A stretch of 64,000 bases of DNA from Thermoanaerobaculia bacterium (GTDB lineage Bacteria; Acidobacteriota; Thermoanaerobaculia; Multivoradales; Multivoraceae). Positions 1 through 9,403 of this stretch are shown in pieces. Position numbers and translations under genes: made by a program. Numbering within the stretch: position 1 is the first letter of the stretch; the number at the start of each line of letters is the position of its first letter. The stretch is from the NCBI GenBank assembly GCA_963664405.1, contig OY761158.1, positions 1,312,001 through 1,376,000 on the forward strand, given 5' to 3'. A model generated the notes under the pieces. It was not told the origin of the DNA. It made no database searches and saw nothing but the letters and a program-made list of their open reading frames with translations.

Positions 1-399
1 GAAGCTGCGTTTCGCTGCCACTTGCCTCAGACGGTCTTGTTCACAGTATTTGATGGCGATTCGAGGAAACCCGATCACGTTGTCTGGTGGGAATGGGTGT
101 TCCGTTCAAGGTATCTGAGGGCGCAACCAGGGGCCCAAGCGCGATGGAAGCTCGGCGAACTGCCTCGATCGCCCATCAGATAGCGTGCCGTTCATCCCAT
201 CGCTGCGTGTCAGCCCTCGTTCAGCGTGATCAGCGAAAGAACAAGTATGGACTGCGCGTCAGGCCCCGACGGCCCGCCTTCGGCGGGGATGATGCCGACG
301 GACCTAGTCTTGAGCACACTACTTGAGGGACCAAACACCCCTTCCCTCACCTACCGTGCTCAGAATGGCCAACATTCCCATCGATTATCGTGCTCACTC

Positions 400-494
400 T
401 CACCCAGGTCGCGAAAAGCCTGGCGCAACTTCGCGGGCCGCAACAGACTCCCAACATGCTCGGCACGAAAGGGTGGTTTTCTTACGGTCGTCAT
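400..494 (-). pseudogene. N-terminal remnant of cobalamin-independent methionine synthase II (MetE-like/YxjG) family protein
   Basis: MTTVRKPPFRAEHVGSLLRPAKLRQAFRDLGE matches the family N-terminal motif PPFRAxHVGSLLRP; similarity then stops and the frame closes at 360. Confidence 0.7.
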
Positions 495-536
495 GGTGGC
501 ATTATCGGCAGAGGAATAAGACATAGGAGAGTGACC

Positions 537-1532
537 ATGCATCGTAGCCTCCCTCGTGTTCTTGCACTGGTTGGGGTCCTGACAGCGCTAACGCTCGGAG
601 CGACCGCTCAGGAGCTCGACCTACAGACCGTCGACTTTCACAGCACGGCAATCGACCGGCCGACAAGGTACAACATCCTGCTGCCTCGTGACTACCACGG
701 CTCGACCGACCGCTACCCAGTTCTTTATCTCCTCCACGGCCTCACCCAGAACTACACAGCATGGGGACTGGCGAATGGGGCGCCCTTCTACACTGGAGTG
801 TACGACGACCTCATCGTCGTCATGCCCGACGCCGGCAACTCCTGGTACACCAACTGGGAGGAGAGCGAGGACGGCCAGACCAACATGTGGGCGGATCACA
901 TCGTCAAAGAGGTGGTCAGCCACGTCGATTGGAACTTCCGAACCATCGCGCGGCGGGAGGGGCGAGCGATCACCGGCCTTTCGATGGGCGGCTACGGAGC
1001 GATCACGCTCGGGCTCCGAAACCCCGATATGTTCATCTCGATCGGCTCGACCAGCGGGGCACTCGAGTGGGCCAGCGACGCCGCCAAGCGACTGCGGGGC
1101 GAGATGCCGCCTCGGGAACCACGCCAGCGCACCCCCCAGCAGCAGGCCGCTCGCGACGAGTTTCAGCGCCGCGCCAACCCGCTCATCGGCCTCGAGGACT
1201 TCGACAGCCAGATCGAGCGCAGCCCAGCGGGCACGGTGCACGCCACCGCCGAGCACGCCGACGCCTTCGATCCCTTCAAGCTGATCGAGCAACTGCCCAA
1301 AGAGCGGCTCCCCCACATCTACCTCGACTGCGGTACCGACGACCGACTCATCGCCGGCGCTAAGAACTTGGCCGGCGTCCTGATCGAAAAAGAAGTCCCC
1401 TTCGACTACATGCAGATGGGAGGCGGACACAACCCCAGCTACTGGATCCAGGCGATCGGCCACATCATGTCGGTGCAATACGAGGTCATGCAGCGCGCTC
1501 TGGGACAGCGGCCCTCAGGACGGAGCAACTAA
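537..1532 (+). CDS. Secreted putative esterase (alpha/beta hydrolase, tributyrin esterase/XynC-like)
   Basis: ATG at 537 after AGGAG; signal peptide; YPVLYLLHG, GLSMGG nucleophile elbow, DCGTDD, GGHN. Confidence 0.85.
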   Translation: MHRSLPRVLALVGVLTALTLGATAQELDLQTVDFHSTAIDRPTRYNILLPRDYHGSTDRYPVLYLLHGLTQNYTAWGLANGAPFYTGVYDDLIVVMPDAGNSWYTNWEESEDGQTNMWADHIVKEVVSHVDWNFRTIARREGRAITGLSMGGYGAITLGLRNPDMFISIGSTSGALEWASDAAKRLRGEMPPREPRQRTPQQQAARDEFQRRANPLIGLEDFDSQIERSPAGTVHATAEHADAFDPFKLIEQLPKERLPHIYLDCGTDDRLIAGAKNLAGVLIEKEVPFDYMQMGGGHNPSYWIQAIGHIMSVQYEVMQRALGQRPSGRSN

Positions 1533-1538
1533 TCGCCG

Positions 1539-2069
1539 ATGGCGTCGCGACGTGCTTTCCTCAAGCGAGCCATCTCACTGGGCGCCACTGCCGGGGCGGC
1601 TGCATCCTTGACTTCTTCGAAGCTCGGCTCGCAGGGAAGGGGTCGCATCGCGGGTTTCGACCACGTAGCCGTACCGATGCGCAATACAGAGCCTATGCTC
1701 GCCTTCTATCGCGCTCTCGGCTTCGCGGTGAAAGAGGGCGAGCGAATCTGCTCGGTTCACATGGCTCACAACAAGATCGGCTTCCACCGCCCGAGCCTGT
1801 GGCAGAGCGACGAGTTCGACCTCAAGGCGCCAAGAGCCGAGCCGCCCTGCGGTGATTTCTGCTTTGTCTGGGAGGGCAGCATGTCTTCGCTGCAAGCCAT
1901 GCTGGCCACAGCCGACGCCGTAGTCATCGAGGGCCCAGTGCAGCGTCAAGGGGGTCGCGACGGCGGAGACGCGGTCGGCACCAGCCTCTACATCCGCGAC
2001 CCTGATCAGAACCTGCTGGAGTTCATCGTCTATTCAGAGGCCTCACTTGCACAAGCGGTAGGCCGGTAG
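1539..2069 (+). CDS. VOC/glyoxalase family protein with Tat signal
   Basis: SRRAFLK twin-arginine motif; GFDHVA and SLYIRDPDQNLLEF VOC motifs. Confidence 0.8.
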   Translation: MASRRAFLKRAISLGATAGAAASLTSSKLGSQGRGRIAGFDHVAVPMRNTEPMLAFYRALGFAVKEGERICSVHMAHNKIGFHRPSLWQSDEFDLKAPRAEPPCGDFCFVWEGSMSSLQAMLATADAVVIEGPVQRQGGRDGGDAVGTSLYIRDPDQNLLEFIVYSEASLAQAVGR

Positions 2070-2138
2070 GCCCCGCGACGTGCTCATTGTGAGTCTGGAA
2101 TAGACTCATGTCCCACGCATGATCTGCGGAGAGGCGCA

Positions 2139-3290
2139 ATGAGTAAGGATCTCAAATTCAGGAGTGTGCGCGTAAAGAACTGGAAGAACTTCGCGCGAGT
2201 AGAAGTAGATATCCAGAACCGCGTCTTTCTGGTTGGACCGAACGCATCGGGCAAGTCGAACCTCCTGGATGTCTTTCGCTTTCTGCGTGACCTCGCCTCC
2301 CCCGGCGGCGGCTTCTTCGAAGCCATCACTCGGCGAGGCGGTGTAAGCGCGATTCGCTGCCTTGCAGCTAGGCGTTACCCGGACATCGAGATCCACGTTG
2401 AGCTACAACAGTCAGAGGATATGCCCCTCTGGTCATACGAGCTGGCCTTCAAGCAAGACAACCAGCGACGGCCGCTGGTGAGCGGGGAGCGCGTACTGCG
2501 CAGCGGTGACGTCATACTCGATCGCCCCGACGATGAAGACGAGAAGGACCCTGCGCGGTTGACACAAACATACCTTGAACAAGTGAATGTGAATCGCGAG
2601 TTCCGCGCCTTGGCTACCTTCTTCGCGTCCATCCAGTATCTCCACATCGTCCCGCAGCTGGTCCGGGACCCCGATCGTTCCGTGGGGCACTCGAACGACC
2701 CCTTCGGCGGCGACTTCTTGGAGCAGGTAGCAAACACCCAGGACCGGACGCGCAACGCGCGCCTACGGCGGATCCAGGAGGCACTTAGAGTCGCCGTACC
2801 GCAGCTCGAGGAGATTGAGCTATGGCGAGACGCCCGCGGAACACCGCATCTGCGCGGGAAGTACCAGCACTGGCGACCTCAGGGAGCGTGGCAGACAGAG
2901 GAGCAGTTCTCGGACGGAACGTTGCGACTGATGGGGCTCCTTTGGGTAGTCATGGACAACGAAGGTCCTCTGCTGCTCGAAGAGCCGGAGCTTTCACTCC
3001 ATCCCGGGATCGTCCGCCTGTTGCCTCAAATGCTGGCCCGGGTCCAGCGTCGCACCGGAAGGCAGATCTTCCTCAGCACACATTCCCCTGAACTTCTAAG
3101 CGATTCTGGGATCGGACTCGACGAAGTCCTCCTTCTCAATCCTCAGACGGAAGGCACCGAAGTGACCTCGGCGAACATGCACAGCGAGATCCGTGATCTC
3201 CTGGAAGGAGGTCTCTCGCTCGCCGACGTCGTCATTCCCAGAACGCGCCCTGAATCGGCAGAGCAACTGACCCTATTCGGAGGCGCGTAA
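2139..3290 (+). CDS. ABC/SMC-type AAA ATPase (AAA_21/AbiEii-like), candidate defence ATPase
   Basis: Walker A GPNASGKS, signature FSDGT, Walker B LLLEEPE, H-loop STHS. Confidence 0.85.
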   Translation: MSKDLKFRSVRVKNWKNFARVEVDIQNRVFLVGPNASGKSNLLDVFRFLRDLASPGGGFFEAITRRGGVSAIRCLAARRYPDIEIHVELQQSEDMPLWSYELAFKQDNQRRPLVSGERVLRSGDVILDRPDDEDEKDPARLTQTYLEQVNVNREFRALATFFASIQYLHIVPQLVRDPDRSVGHSNDPFGGDFLEQVANTQDRTRNARLRRIQEALRVAVPQLEEIELWRDARGTPHLRGKYQHWRPQGAWQTEEQFSDGTLRLMGLLWVVMDNEGPLLLEEPELSLHPGIVRLLPQMLARVQRRTGRQIFLSTHSPELLSDSGIGLDEVLLLNPQTEGTEVTSANMHSEIRDLLEGGLSLADVVIPRTRPESAEQLTLFGGA

Positions 3291-3292
3291 AG

Positions 3293-3919
3293 ATGGCGGC
3301 GCCGGTGATCATCCCGGCGGCGGTTGAAGGCATGGTCGACGATGTCGTCGTACGAAGACTGATCGCCTTCGCCGGGGGACAAGCCGGGACTGTGTACGGG
3401 AGAAACGGCAAGCAGGCTCTACGCCAGAAGATCAACGGATACAACAGGGCTGCTCGCCATCGGCCGTGGGTGGTGCTTGTTGATCTCGACAGAGAGGCCG
3501 ATTGCGCGCCCCCACTCCGCGATGAGTGGTTGAGTGACCCAGCACCCAATCTTTGTTTTCGAGTAGCCGTGCGTGCCATCGAGACGTGGCTGATGGCGGA
3601 CGCGGAAACGCTGGCTCGGTTTCTGGGCGTCTCGCGCACCCTCATATCGGGCTATCCCGAAGAGTTGGAGAATCCGAAAGAAGCGATGGTCAACCTCGCC
3701 AGGCGTTCACGACGTAGAGCAATTCGCGAGGACATGGTGCCGCGCCACGGGAGTGGGCGGCCCGTCGGCCCTGCTTATACCTCGACTCTCAGTGAGTACG
3801 CTGAGACCTACTGGCGACTCGATGTAGCAACCCACTACTCTGACAGCCTGCGACGGGCGCTGGCCTGCATACGAAGGCTCGTCGCTGACACGAGATCAGA
3901 ACTAAGCACCCTGAAATGA
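3293..3919 (+). CDS. Toprim-like protein (DUF4276/RloB-like), probable nuclease partner of the ATPase
   Basis: Starts 2 nt after the ATPase stop; VEGxxD, VLVDLD (DxD) and IETWLMAD motifs. Confidence 0.65.
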   Translation: MAAPVIIPAAVEGMVDDVVVRRLIAFAGGQAGTVYGRNGKQALRQKINGYNRAARHRPWVVLVDLDREADCAPPLRDEWLSDPAPNLCFRVAVRAIETWLMADAETLARFLGVSRTLISGYPEELENPKEAMVNLARRSRRRAIREDMVPRHGSGRPVGPAYTSTLSEYAETYWRLDVATHYSDSLRRALACIRRLVADTRSELSTLK

Positions 3920-4746
3920 GGATCGGAATCTCGCTACCTGTCCGCGAGTTCCAGGACGACCTCGGAGCCCTCAAAGCCTTCGCGCAGGCGGCGGACGAGC
4001 TCGGCTACACGCACCTTCGCGTTCCCGATCAGGTGCTCCGGCCCGGCAACGGCCACCTTCACGAACCGCTAATGATGCTCTCCTACATCGCCGCGGTGAC
4101 TGAGAAGATCGAGCTCGTTCCCTCGGTGATCATCACCCCCTCGCGACAGACCGTGCTCTTGGCAAAACAGATTGCGGCACTCGACTGCTTCACCGGCGGG
4201 CGCGTCAGGCTGGGGGTGGGAGTCGGCGGCAGCGAGCCCGAGTACCGGGCACAGGGGCAGGACTTCCACCGCCGCGGCGCTCGTGTGGAAGAGCAGATCG
4301 AGCTTCTGCGACGGCTGTGGACCGAAGAGTTGGTGGATTTCAAGGGTCGATGGGATGCCGTCCAAGGGGCGGGTCTCAACCCACTCCCGGTGCAGCGGCC
4401 GGTGCCGATCTGGATTGGGGCTAGCTCGGTGCCCGCGGCGCGAATCCGCGAGCGCATCGGCCGTCAGGCAAACGGCTGGTTCGTACTCTGCTCGCCGGAA
4501 CAGCTCCCTGAGATCAAGACCGACATCGATCGCGCAGCTCAGTCTGCCGGGCGCGATCCCGATGAGATTGGCATGGAGGCAGGTGTCGCCGTGGTAGGTC
4601 CGCGCGAGGCGGAGTGGAAAGACCGAGTAGCGAGCTGGCGGCGAATCGGCTTGACGCACTTGTGCCTGCGCACCCTCGGTGGCGGACTGGATGCGGACCG
4701 GCATCTGGAAAAAATGCGTGAGGTCCTCGACGAGATACCTGCTTGA
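3916..4746 (+). CDS. LLM-class (probably F420-dependent) oxidoreductase
   Basis: MRIGI, ADELGY, HEPL, GRVRLGVGVG, PVPIWIG luciferase-like motifs. Confidence 0.85.
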   Translation: MRIGISLPVREFQDDLGALKAFAQAADELGYTHLRVPDQVLRPGNGHLHEPLMMLSYIAAVTEKIELVPSVIITPSRQTVLLAKQIAALDCFTGGRVRLGVGVGGSEPEYRAQGQDFHRRGARVEEQIELLRRLWTEELVDFKGRWDAVQGAGLNPLPVQRPVPIWIGASSVPAARIRERIGRQANGWFVLCSPEQLPEIKTDIDRAAQSAGRDPDEIGMEAGVAVVGPREAEWKDRVASWRRIGLTHLCLRTLGGGLDADRHLEKMREVLDEIPA

Positions 4747-4865
4747 AAGTCGACGAGGGTAAGTCTATTGTGGGGCTTCGCTATGAGAGTCACAATCCGG
4801 TCCAAGCCACTCACACGGTAGTCGCGGGCACCCGCTTCGTGTTGAAAAAGACAGCAGGAGCCTCA

Positions 4866-6275
4866 ATGAAGGCAACAAGCATCGCCATCGCTCTCTTGGT
4901 CGCCATGGCAACGACATTGGCGACCCCCGCGGCTGAGGCCGAGCCAGCGAACGTCCTTTTTCTGTTCGCCGATGACTTCGGTTACGGCAGTGTGTCGTCC
5001 AACGGGGGCGATATCCCCACTCCGCATATCGACTCGATCGGGCGCAACGGAGTCAGGTTCACCTCCGGCTATATGACCGCGCCGGTCTGCAATCCCTCCC
5101 GCCACGGGATGATGACCGGCCGCTACCAACAGCGCTGGGGCAAAGAGCAGAACTCACAGACCGTGCCTCCGCTGGGACAGCAGCGCAGCGGAGATCTTCC
5201 GCTCGAGCAGACGACGATCGCCGAGGCCTTGAAGAAGGTCGGCTACCACAACGGAGCCCTGGGGAAGTGGCAGCTGGCGTGGGGAAAGGGCTACCACCCC
5301 CTCGACCGGGGCTTCGACTACTTCGTCGGCATGAAATCGGGCATGACCCATCTCGACCCCACCTGGCCGAATGCGCACGTCGAAGTCGGCGGCGCAAACC
5401 GCGCACCAGCCGGGCCGCCCCGAGGCCTCTTCCGCGGGCGCGAGCCGATCGAGCTCGACGAGTATCTGACCGACAAGCTGGCGCACGAAGGCGTCGACTT
5501 CATCGAACGAAACAAGGATCGACCTTTCTTTCTCTACATCCCCTTCTACGCGGTGCACAACCCCATCCAGGTCACCCACAAGTACTACCAGCGCTTTCCC
5601 CAGTATGAGAACGAGACCAAGCGCATCTACGCCGGGATGATCAGTGCGCTCGACGATGCGGTCGGGGCCCTGCTGGCCAAGCTTCGAGAAGAGGGACTCG
5701 AAGAGAAGACTCTGGTCATCTTCACCAGCGACAACGGCGCCGCGGAGCCTTCGGACGTCGATCGGGTGGCCAACCAGCCGTTGACCGGCCACAAGCGCAA
5801 CCTCTACGGCGGCGGCATCCGCATTCCATATCTGCTGCAGTGGAAGGGACGGATTCCCGCTGGCCAGACCTATACCCACCCTGTCAGCTCTTTGGACATC
5901 TTCCCCACCGCGCTGGCGGCGGCAGGCAAGGAAGACGGGGGCGAATACCGGCTCGACGGCACCAACCTGCTGCCCTATCTGGAAGGCGGCAACACGGGCG
6001 CGCCTCATGAATACTTGTTCTGGCGCTCGGGTCACAACGGCGCCGTACGCCATGGCGCGTGGAAGCTGTTGATGAGCGGCTCGGAGATCACCCGTCTTTA
6101 CGACGCCGACAAGGATCCCAGCGAATCGAAGGACCTGTCGTCCAAAAAACCCGAGCTGGTGAGGAAAATGAAGCAGGCCTACGAACGGTGGTCGGAGGAG
6201 ATGGCGGAGCCGAGAGAATCGTCACGGAAGATCAAGACGTACTTCAACGGTGATGAGATCCAATGGCACATATAG
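4866..6275 (+). CDS. Secreted formylglycine-type (S1) sulfatase, copy 1
   Basis: ATG after AGGAG; signal peptide; NVLFLFADD, CNPSRHGMMTGRY, SDNG. Confidence 0.92.
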   Translation: MKATSIAIALLVAMATTLATPAAEAEPANVLFLFADDFGYGSVSSNGGDIPTPHIDSIGRNGVRFTSGYMTAPVCNPSRHGMMTGRYQQRWGKEQNSQTVPPLGQQRSGDLPLEQTTIAEALKKVGYHNGALGKWQLAWGKGYHPLDRGFDYFVGMKSGMTHLDPTWPNAHVEVGGANRAPAGPPRGLFRGREPIELDEYLTDKLAHEGVDFIERNKDRPFFLYIPFYAVHNPIQVTHKYYQRFPQYENETKRIYAGMISALDDAVGALLAKLREEGLEEKTLVIFTSDNGAAEPSDVDRVANQPLTGHKRNLYGGGIRIPYLLQWKGRIPAGQTYTHPVSSLDIFPTALAAAGKEDGGEYRLDGTNLLPYLEGGNTGAPHEYLFWRSGHNGAVRHGAWKLLMSGSEITRLYDADKDPSESKDLSSKKPELVRKMKQAYERWSEEMAEPRESSRKIKTYFNGDEIQWHI

Positions 6276-6291
6276 ACGAGGAGAGGTGAAG

Positions 6292-7767
6292 ATGACAAGA
6301 AGGAACAGGATCGCTGCCGCCCTGGCTTCCGCAGCTCTAATGAGCCTGGGCACTGCCTCGGCCGAGCAGGCCAATGTCGTATTTCTGTTCGCGGACGACC
6401 TCGGCTACGGAAGTGTGTCGTCGTACGGCAGCGACATTCCGACCCCGCATATCGACTCGATCGGTCTCAACGGGGTCAGGTTCACGTCCGGCTATATGAC
6501 CGCGCCGGTGTGCAATCCATCGCGTCACGGAATGATGACCGGTCGCTATCAGCAGCACTGGGGCAAAGAGCTCAACTCGCAGACAGTGATGCCGGTAGGG
6601 CAGCGGAGCGCCAGACACCTACCGCGGGACCAGAAGACGATTGCCAACGGCATGAAGGCCGCGGGCTACAGAACCGGCGCCTTCGGCAAATGGCAGCTGT
6701 CGTTGGAAGACGGATACCACCCGCTCGATCGAGGATTCGACGATTTCGTCGGCATGGAATCAGGAATGAGCCATGTCGATCCGCGTTGGCCGGATGCACA
6801 TGTCGCTCCCCCCCCGGGTCCGGATACGGTCATCTACTCTTCGGCCGCACAACGAGAAGCCAGGCAGAACCCGGCGCCGGACGACACACGCGAAGTAACT
6901 GAAGCAGGGCTCAAAGGTCTCTTCCGCGGCCGCGAGCCGGTCGAGCTCGAGGAGCTCTTGACCGAGAGGTTGGCGCGCGAGGGAGTGGAGTTCATCGAGC
7001 GCAACAAGGATCGACCGTTTTTTCTCTACGTTCCTTTCTACTCGCCGCACGCTCCCATCCAGACAACCGACAAGTACTACGACCGTTTCCCGGATATCAA
7101 GAACGAGGGCAGGCGTATCTATGCCGGAATGATCAGCGCGGTCGACGATGCGGTCGGAGCCGTGCTCACCAAGCTTCGAGAGGAAGGTCTAGAAGAGAAG
7201 ACTCTGGTCATCTTCGCCAGCGACAACGGTGCCTCGGAGACCTACGACATCGGCCATGTGGCGAACCTGCCCCTGATCGGCCACAAGCGCAATCTCTACG
7301 GAGGTGGCATCCGGATCCCTTACCTCATGCAGTGGAAGGGCCGAATTCCCCCAGGCCAGACCTACACCAAGCCGGTCAGCTCACTCGACCTCTTTCCCAC
7401 TTTCCTGGCAGCCGCCGGCGTCGAAGATGTCAGCCAGTACAGGCTGGACGGCGTCAACCTGGTGCCCTATCTGGACGGAACGAATGCCGGAACGCCGCAC
7501 GAATATCTGTTCTGGCGCTCCGGGCCCAACGGCGCCGTCTGCCACGGAGAGTGGAAGCTCCTCATGATCGGATCGGAGATGACGCGCCTCTATAACTCGG
7601 AGAAGGATCCCGGTGAGTCGAAAGACATGTCGTCCAAAAGGGCGGAGCTGGTGCGGAAGATGAAGCAAGCGCACGAGCGGTGGTCGAAGGAAATGGCTGG
7701 GCCCCGCGAGTCGTCAAGGAAAGTGAGGACGAACTACAACGGTGATGAGATCGAATGGCACATATGA
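6292..7767 (+). CDS. Secreted S1 sulfatase, copy 2
   Basis: ATG after GAGGTG; signal peptide; ADD, CNPSR, SDNG; paralog of its neighbours. Confidence 0.92.
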   Translation: MTRRNRIAAALASAALMSLGTASAEQANVVFLFADDLGYGSVSSYGSDIPTPHIDSIGLNGVRFTSGYMTAPVCNPSRHGMMTGRYQQHWGKELNSQTVMPVGQRSARHLPRDQKTIANGMKAAGYRTGAFGKWQLSLEDGYHPLDRGFDDFVGMESGMSHVDPRWPDAHVAPPPGPDTVIYSSAAQREARQNPAPDDTREVTEAGLKGLFRGREPVELEELLTERLAREGVEFIERNKDRPFFLYVPFYSPHAPIQTTDKYYDRFPDIKNEGRRIYAGMISAVDDAVGAVLTKLREEGLEEKTLVIFASDNGASETYDIGHVANLPLIGHKRNLYGGGIRIPYLMQWKGRIPPGQTYTKPVSSLDLFPTFLAAAGVEDVSQYRLDGVNLVPYLDGTNAGTPHEYLFWRSGPNGAVCHGEWKLLMIGSEMTRLYNSEKDPGESKDMSSKRAELVRKMKQAHERWSKEMAGPRESSRKVRTNYNGDEIEWHI

Positions 7768-7774
7768 GGTCAAA

Positions 7775-9250
7775 ATGAAGAGAAAAGACAAGATCGCCGC
7801 GGGACTGAGTGTCGCCACACTGCTGAGCTTGGGCGCCGCCTCGGCCGAGCAGGCCAACGTCGTATTCCTGTTTGCTGACGACCTGGGCTACGGCAGTGTG
7901 TCGTCGTACGGGAGCGACATCCCGACCCCGCATATCGACTCGATCGGGCGCAACGGGGTCCGCTTCACCTCCGGCTATATGACGGCGCCGGTGTGCAATC
8001 CGTCGCGCCACGGCATGATGACCGGCCGCTATCAACAGCGCTGGGGCAAAGAGCTCAACTCGCAGACCGTGATGCCGGTGGGTCAGACCGATCGCCGCGA
8101 CCTACCCCGCGACCAGAAGACGATTGCCAACGGCATGAAGGCGGCGGGGTACAGAACCGGCGCCTTCGGGAAGTGGCAGCTTTCGCTGCGAGACGGCTTC
8201 CACCCGCTCGATCGAGGATTCGACTACTTCGTCGGCATGGAGTCAGGCATGAGTCATGTCGACCCCCGTTGGCCGGATGCCCACGTCGCCCCTCCCCCGG
8301 GGTCCGACACCGTCATCTACTCTTCGGCCGCACTACAAGCAGCCCGGCAGAACCTGGCACCCGACGACACACGCCGCGTTACCGAGGCAGGGCTCAAAGG
8401 TCTCTTCCGCGGACGCGAGCCGGTCGAGCTCGAGGAGCTCTTGACCGAGAGGTTGGCCAACGAGGGCGTCGAGTTCATCGCGCGCAACAAGGATCGACCG
8501 TTCTTTCTCTACCTTCCCTTCTACTCACCGCATTCTCCCATCCAGACCACGGAGAAGTACTACAAGCGCTTCCCGCATATCAAGAACGAGAGCCGGCGTA
8601 TTTATGCCGGGATGATCAGCGCGGTCGACGACGCGGTCGGCGCCGTGCTCGCCAAGCTCCGAGAGGAAGGTCTCGAAGAGACGACTCTGGTCATCTTCGC
8701 CAGCGACAATGGCGCCCAAGAAACTTTCGACATCGGTCATGTGGCCAACCTGCCCTTGATCGGACACAAGCGCAATCTCTACGGAGGCGGCATCCGCATT
8801 CCCTACCTCATGCAATGGAAAGGACGGATTCCCCCGGGCCAGACCTATACTAAGCCGGTCAGCTCACTCGACATCTTCCCCACCTTTCTGGCGGCCGCGG
8901 ACGTGGAAGATGTCAGCCAATACAAGCTGGACGGCGTCAACCTGTTGCCCTATCTCGACGGAACGAATGCTGGAACGCCGCATGAATATCTGTTCTGGCG
9001 CTCAGGGCCTAACCGAGCCGTTCGCCACGGAGAGTGGAAGCTGTTGATAGTCGGATCCGAGATGACGCGCCTCTATAACTCGGACAAGGATCCAAGCGAG
9101 TCGGAGGATATGTCGACGAAGCGACCGGAGCTGGTGCGGAAGATGAAGCAAGCGCACGAGCGGTGGTCGAAAGAGATGGCTCCAGCCCGAGAGTCGTCAC
9201 GGAAAGTCAGAACGAACTACAACCACGATGAGATCGATTGGCACATCTAG
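7775..9250 (+). CDS. Secreted S1 sulfatase, copy 3
   Basis: ATG after GAGGT; same motifs; very similar to copy 2. Confidence 0.92.
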   Translation: MKRKDKIAAGLSVATLLSLGAASAEQANVVFLFADDLGYGSVSSYGSDIPTPHIDSIGRNGVRFTSGYMTAPVCNPSRHGMMTGRYQQRWGKELNSQTVMPVGQTDRRDLPRDQKTIANGMKAAGYRTGAFGKWQLSLRDGFHPLDRGFDYFVGMESGMSHVDPRWPDAHVAPPPGSDTVIYSSAALQAARQNLAPDDTRRVTEAGLKGLFRGREPVELEELLTERLANEGVEFIARNKDRPFFLYLPFYSPHSPIQTTEKYYKRFPHIKNESRRIYAGMISAVDDAVGAVLAKLREEGLEETTLVIFASDNGAQETFDIGHVANLPLIGHKRNLYGGGIRIPYLMQWKGRIPPGQTYTKPVSSLDIFPTFLAAADVEDVSQYKLDGVNLLPYLDGTNAGTPHEYLFWRSGPNRAVRHGEWKLLIVGSEMTRLYNSDKDPSESEDMSTKRPELVRKMKQAHERWSKEMAPARESSRKVRTNYNHDEIDWHI

Positions 9251-9389
9251 GCCGGGCGCCCAGGGCACTCCACCTCGACGCGGCTAGGCGCCCCCGTGCT
9301 CGTCGCTCGGCTCGTCGACGTACGCCTCAGTACGCCTCCTCGCCTCGCTCCTGCGCTGCGACGATCTGGGGCACTCTGAACGCCCGGCC
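9250..9389. mobile_element. MITE-like element, copy 1
   Basis: Imperfect 23-bp terminal inverted repeats (GGCCGGGCG...CGCCCGGCC); second copy at 10874-11001; non-coding. Confidence 0.65.
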
Positions 9390-9403
9390 AAAGTGAGCTC
9401 GAC

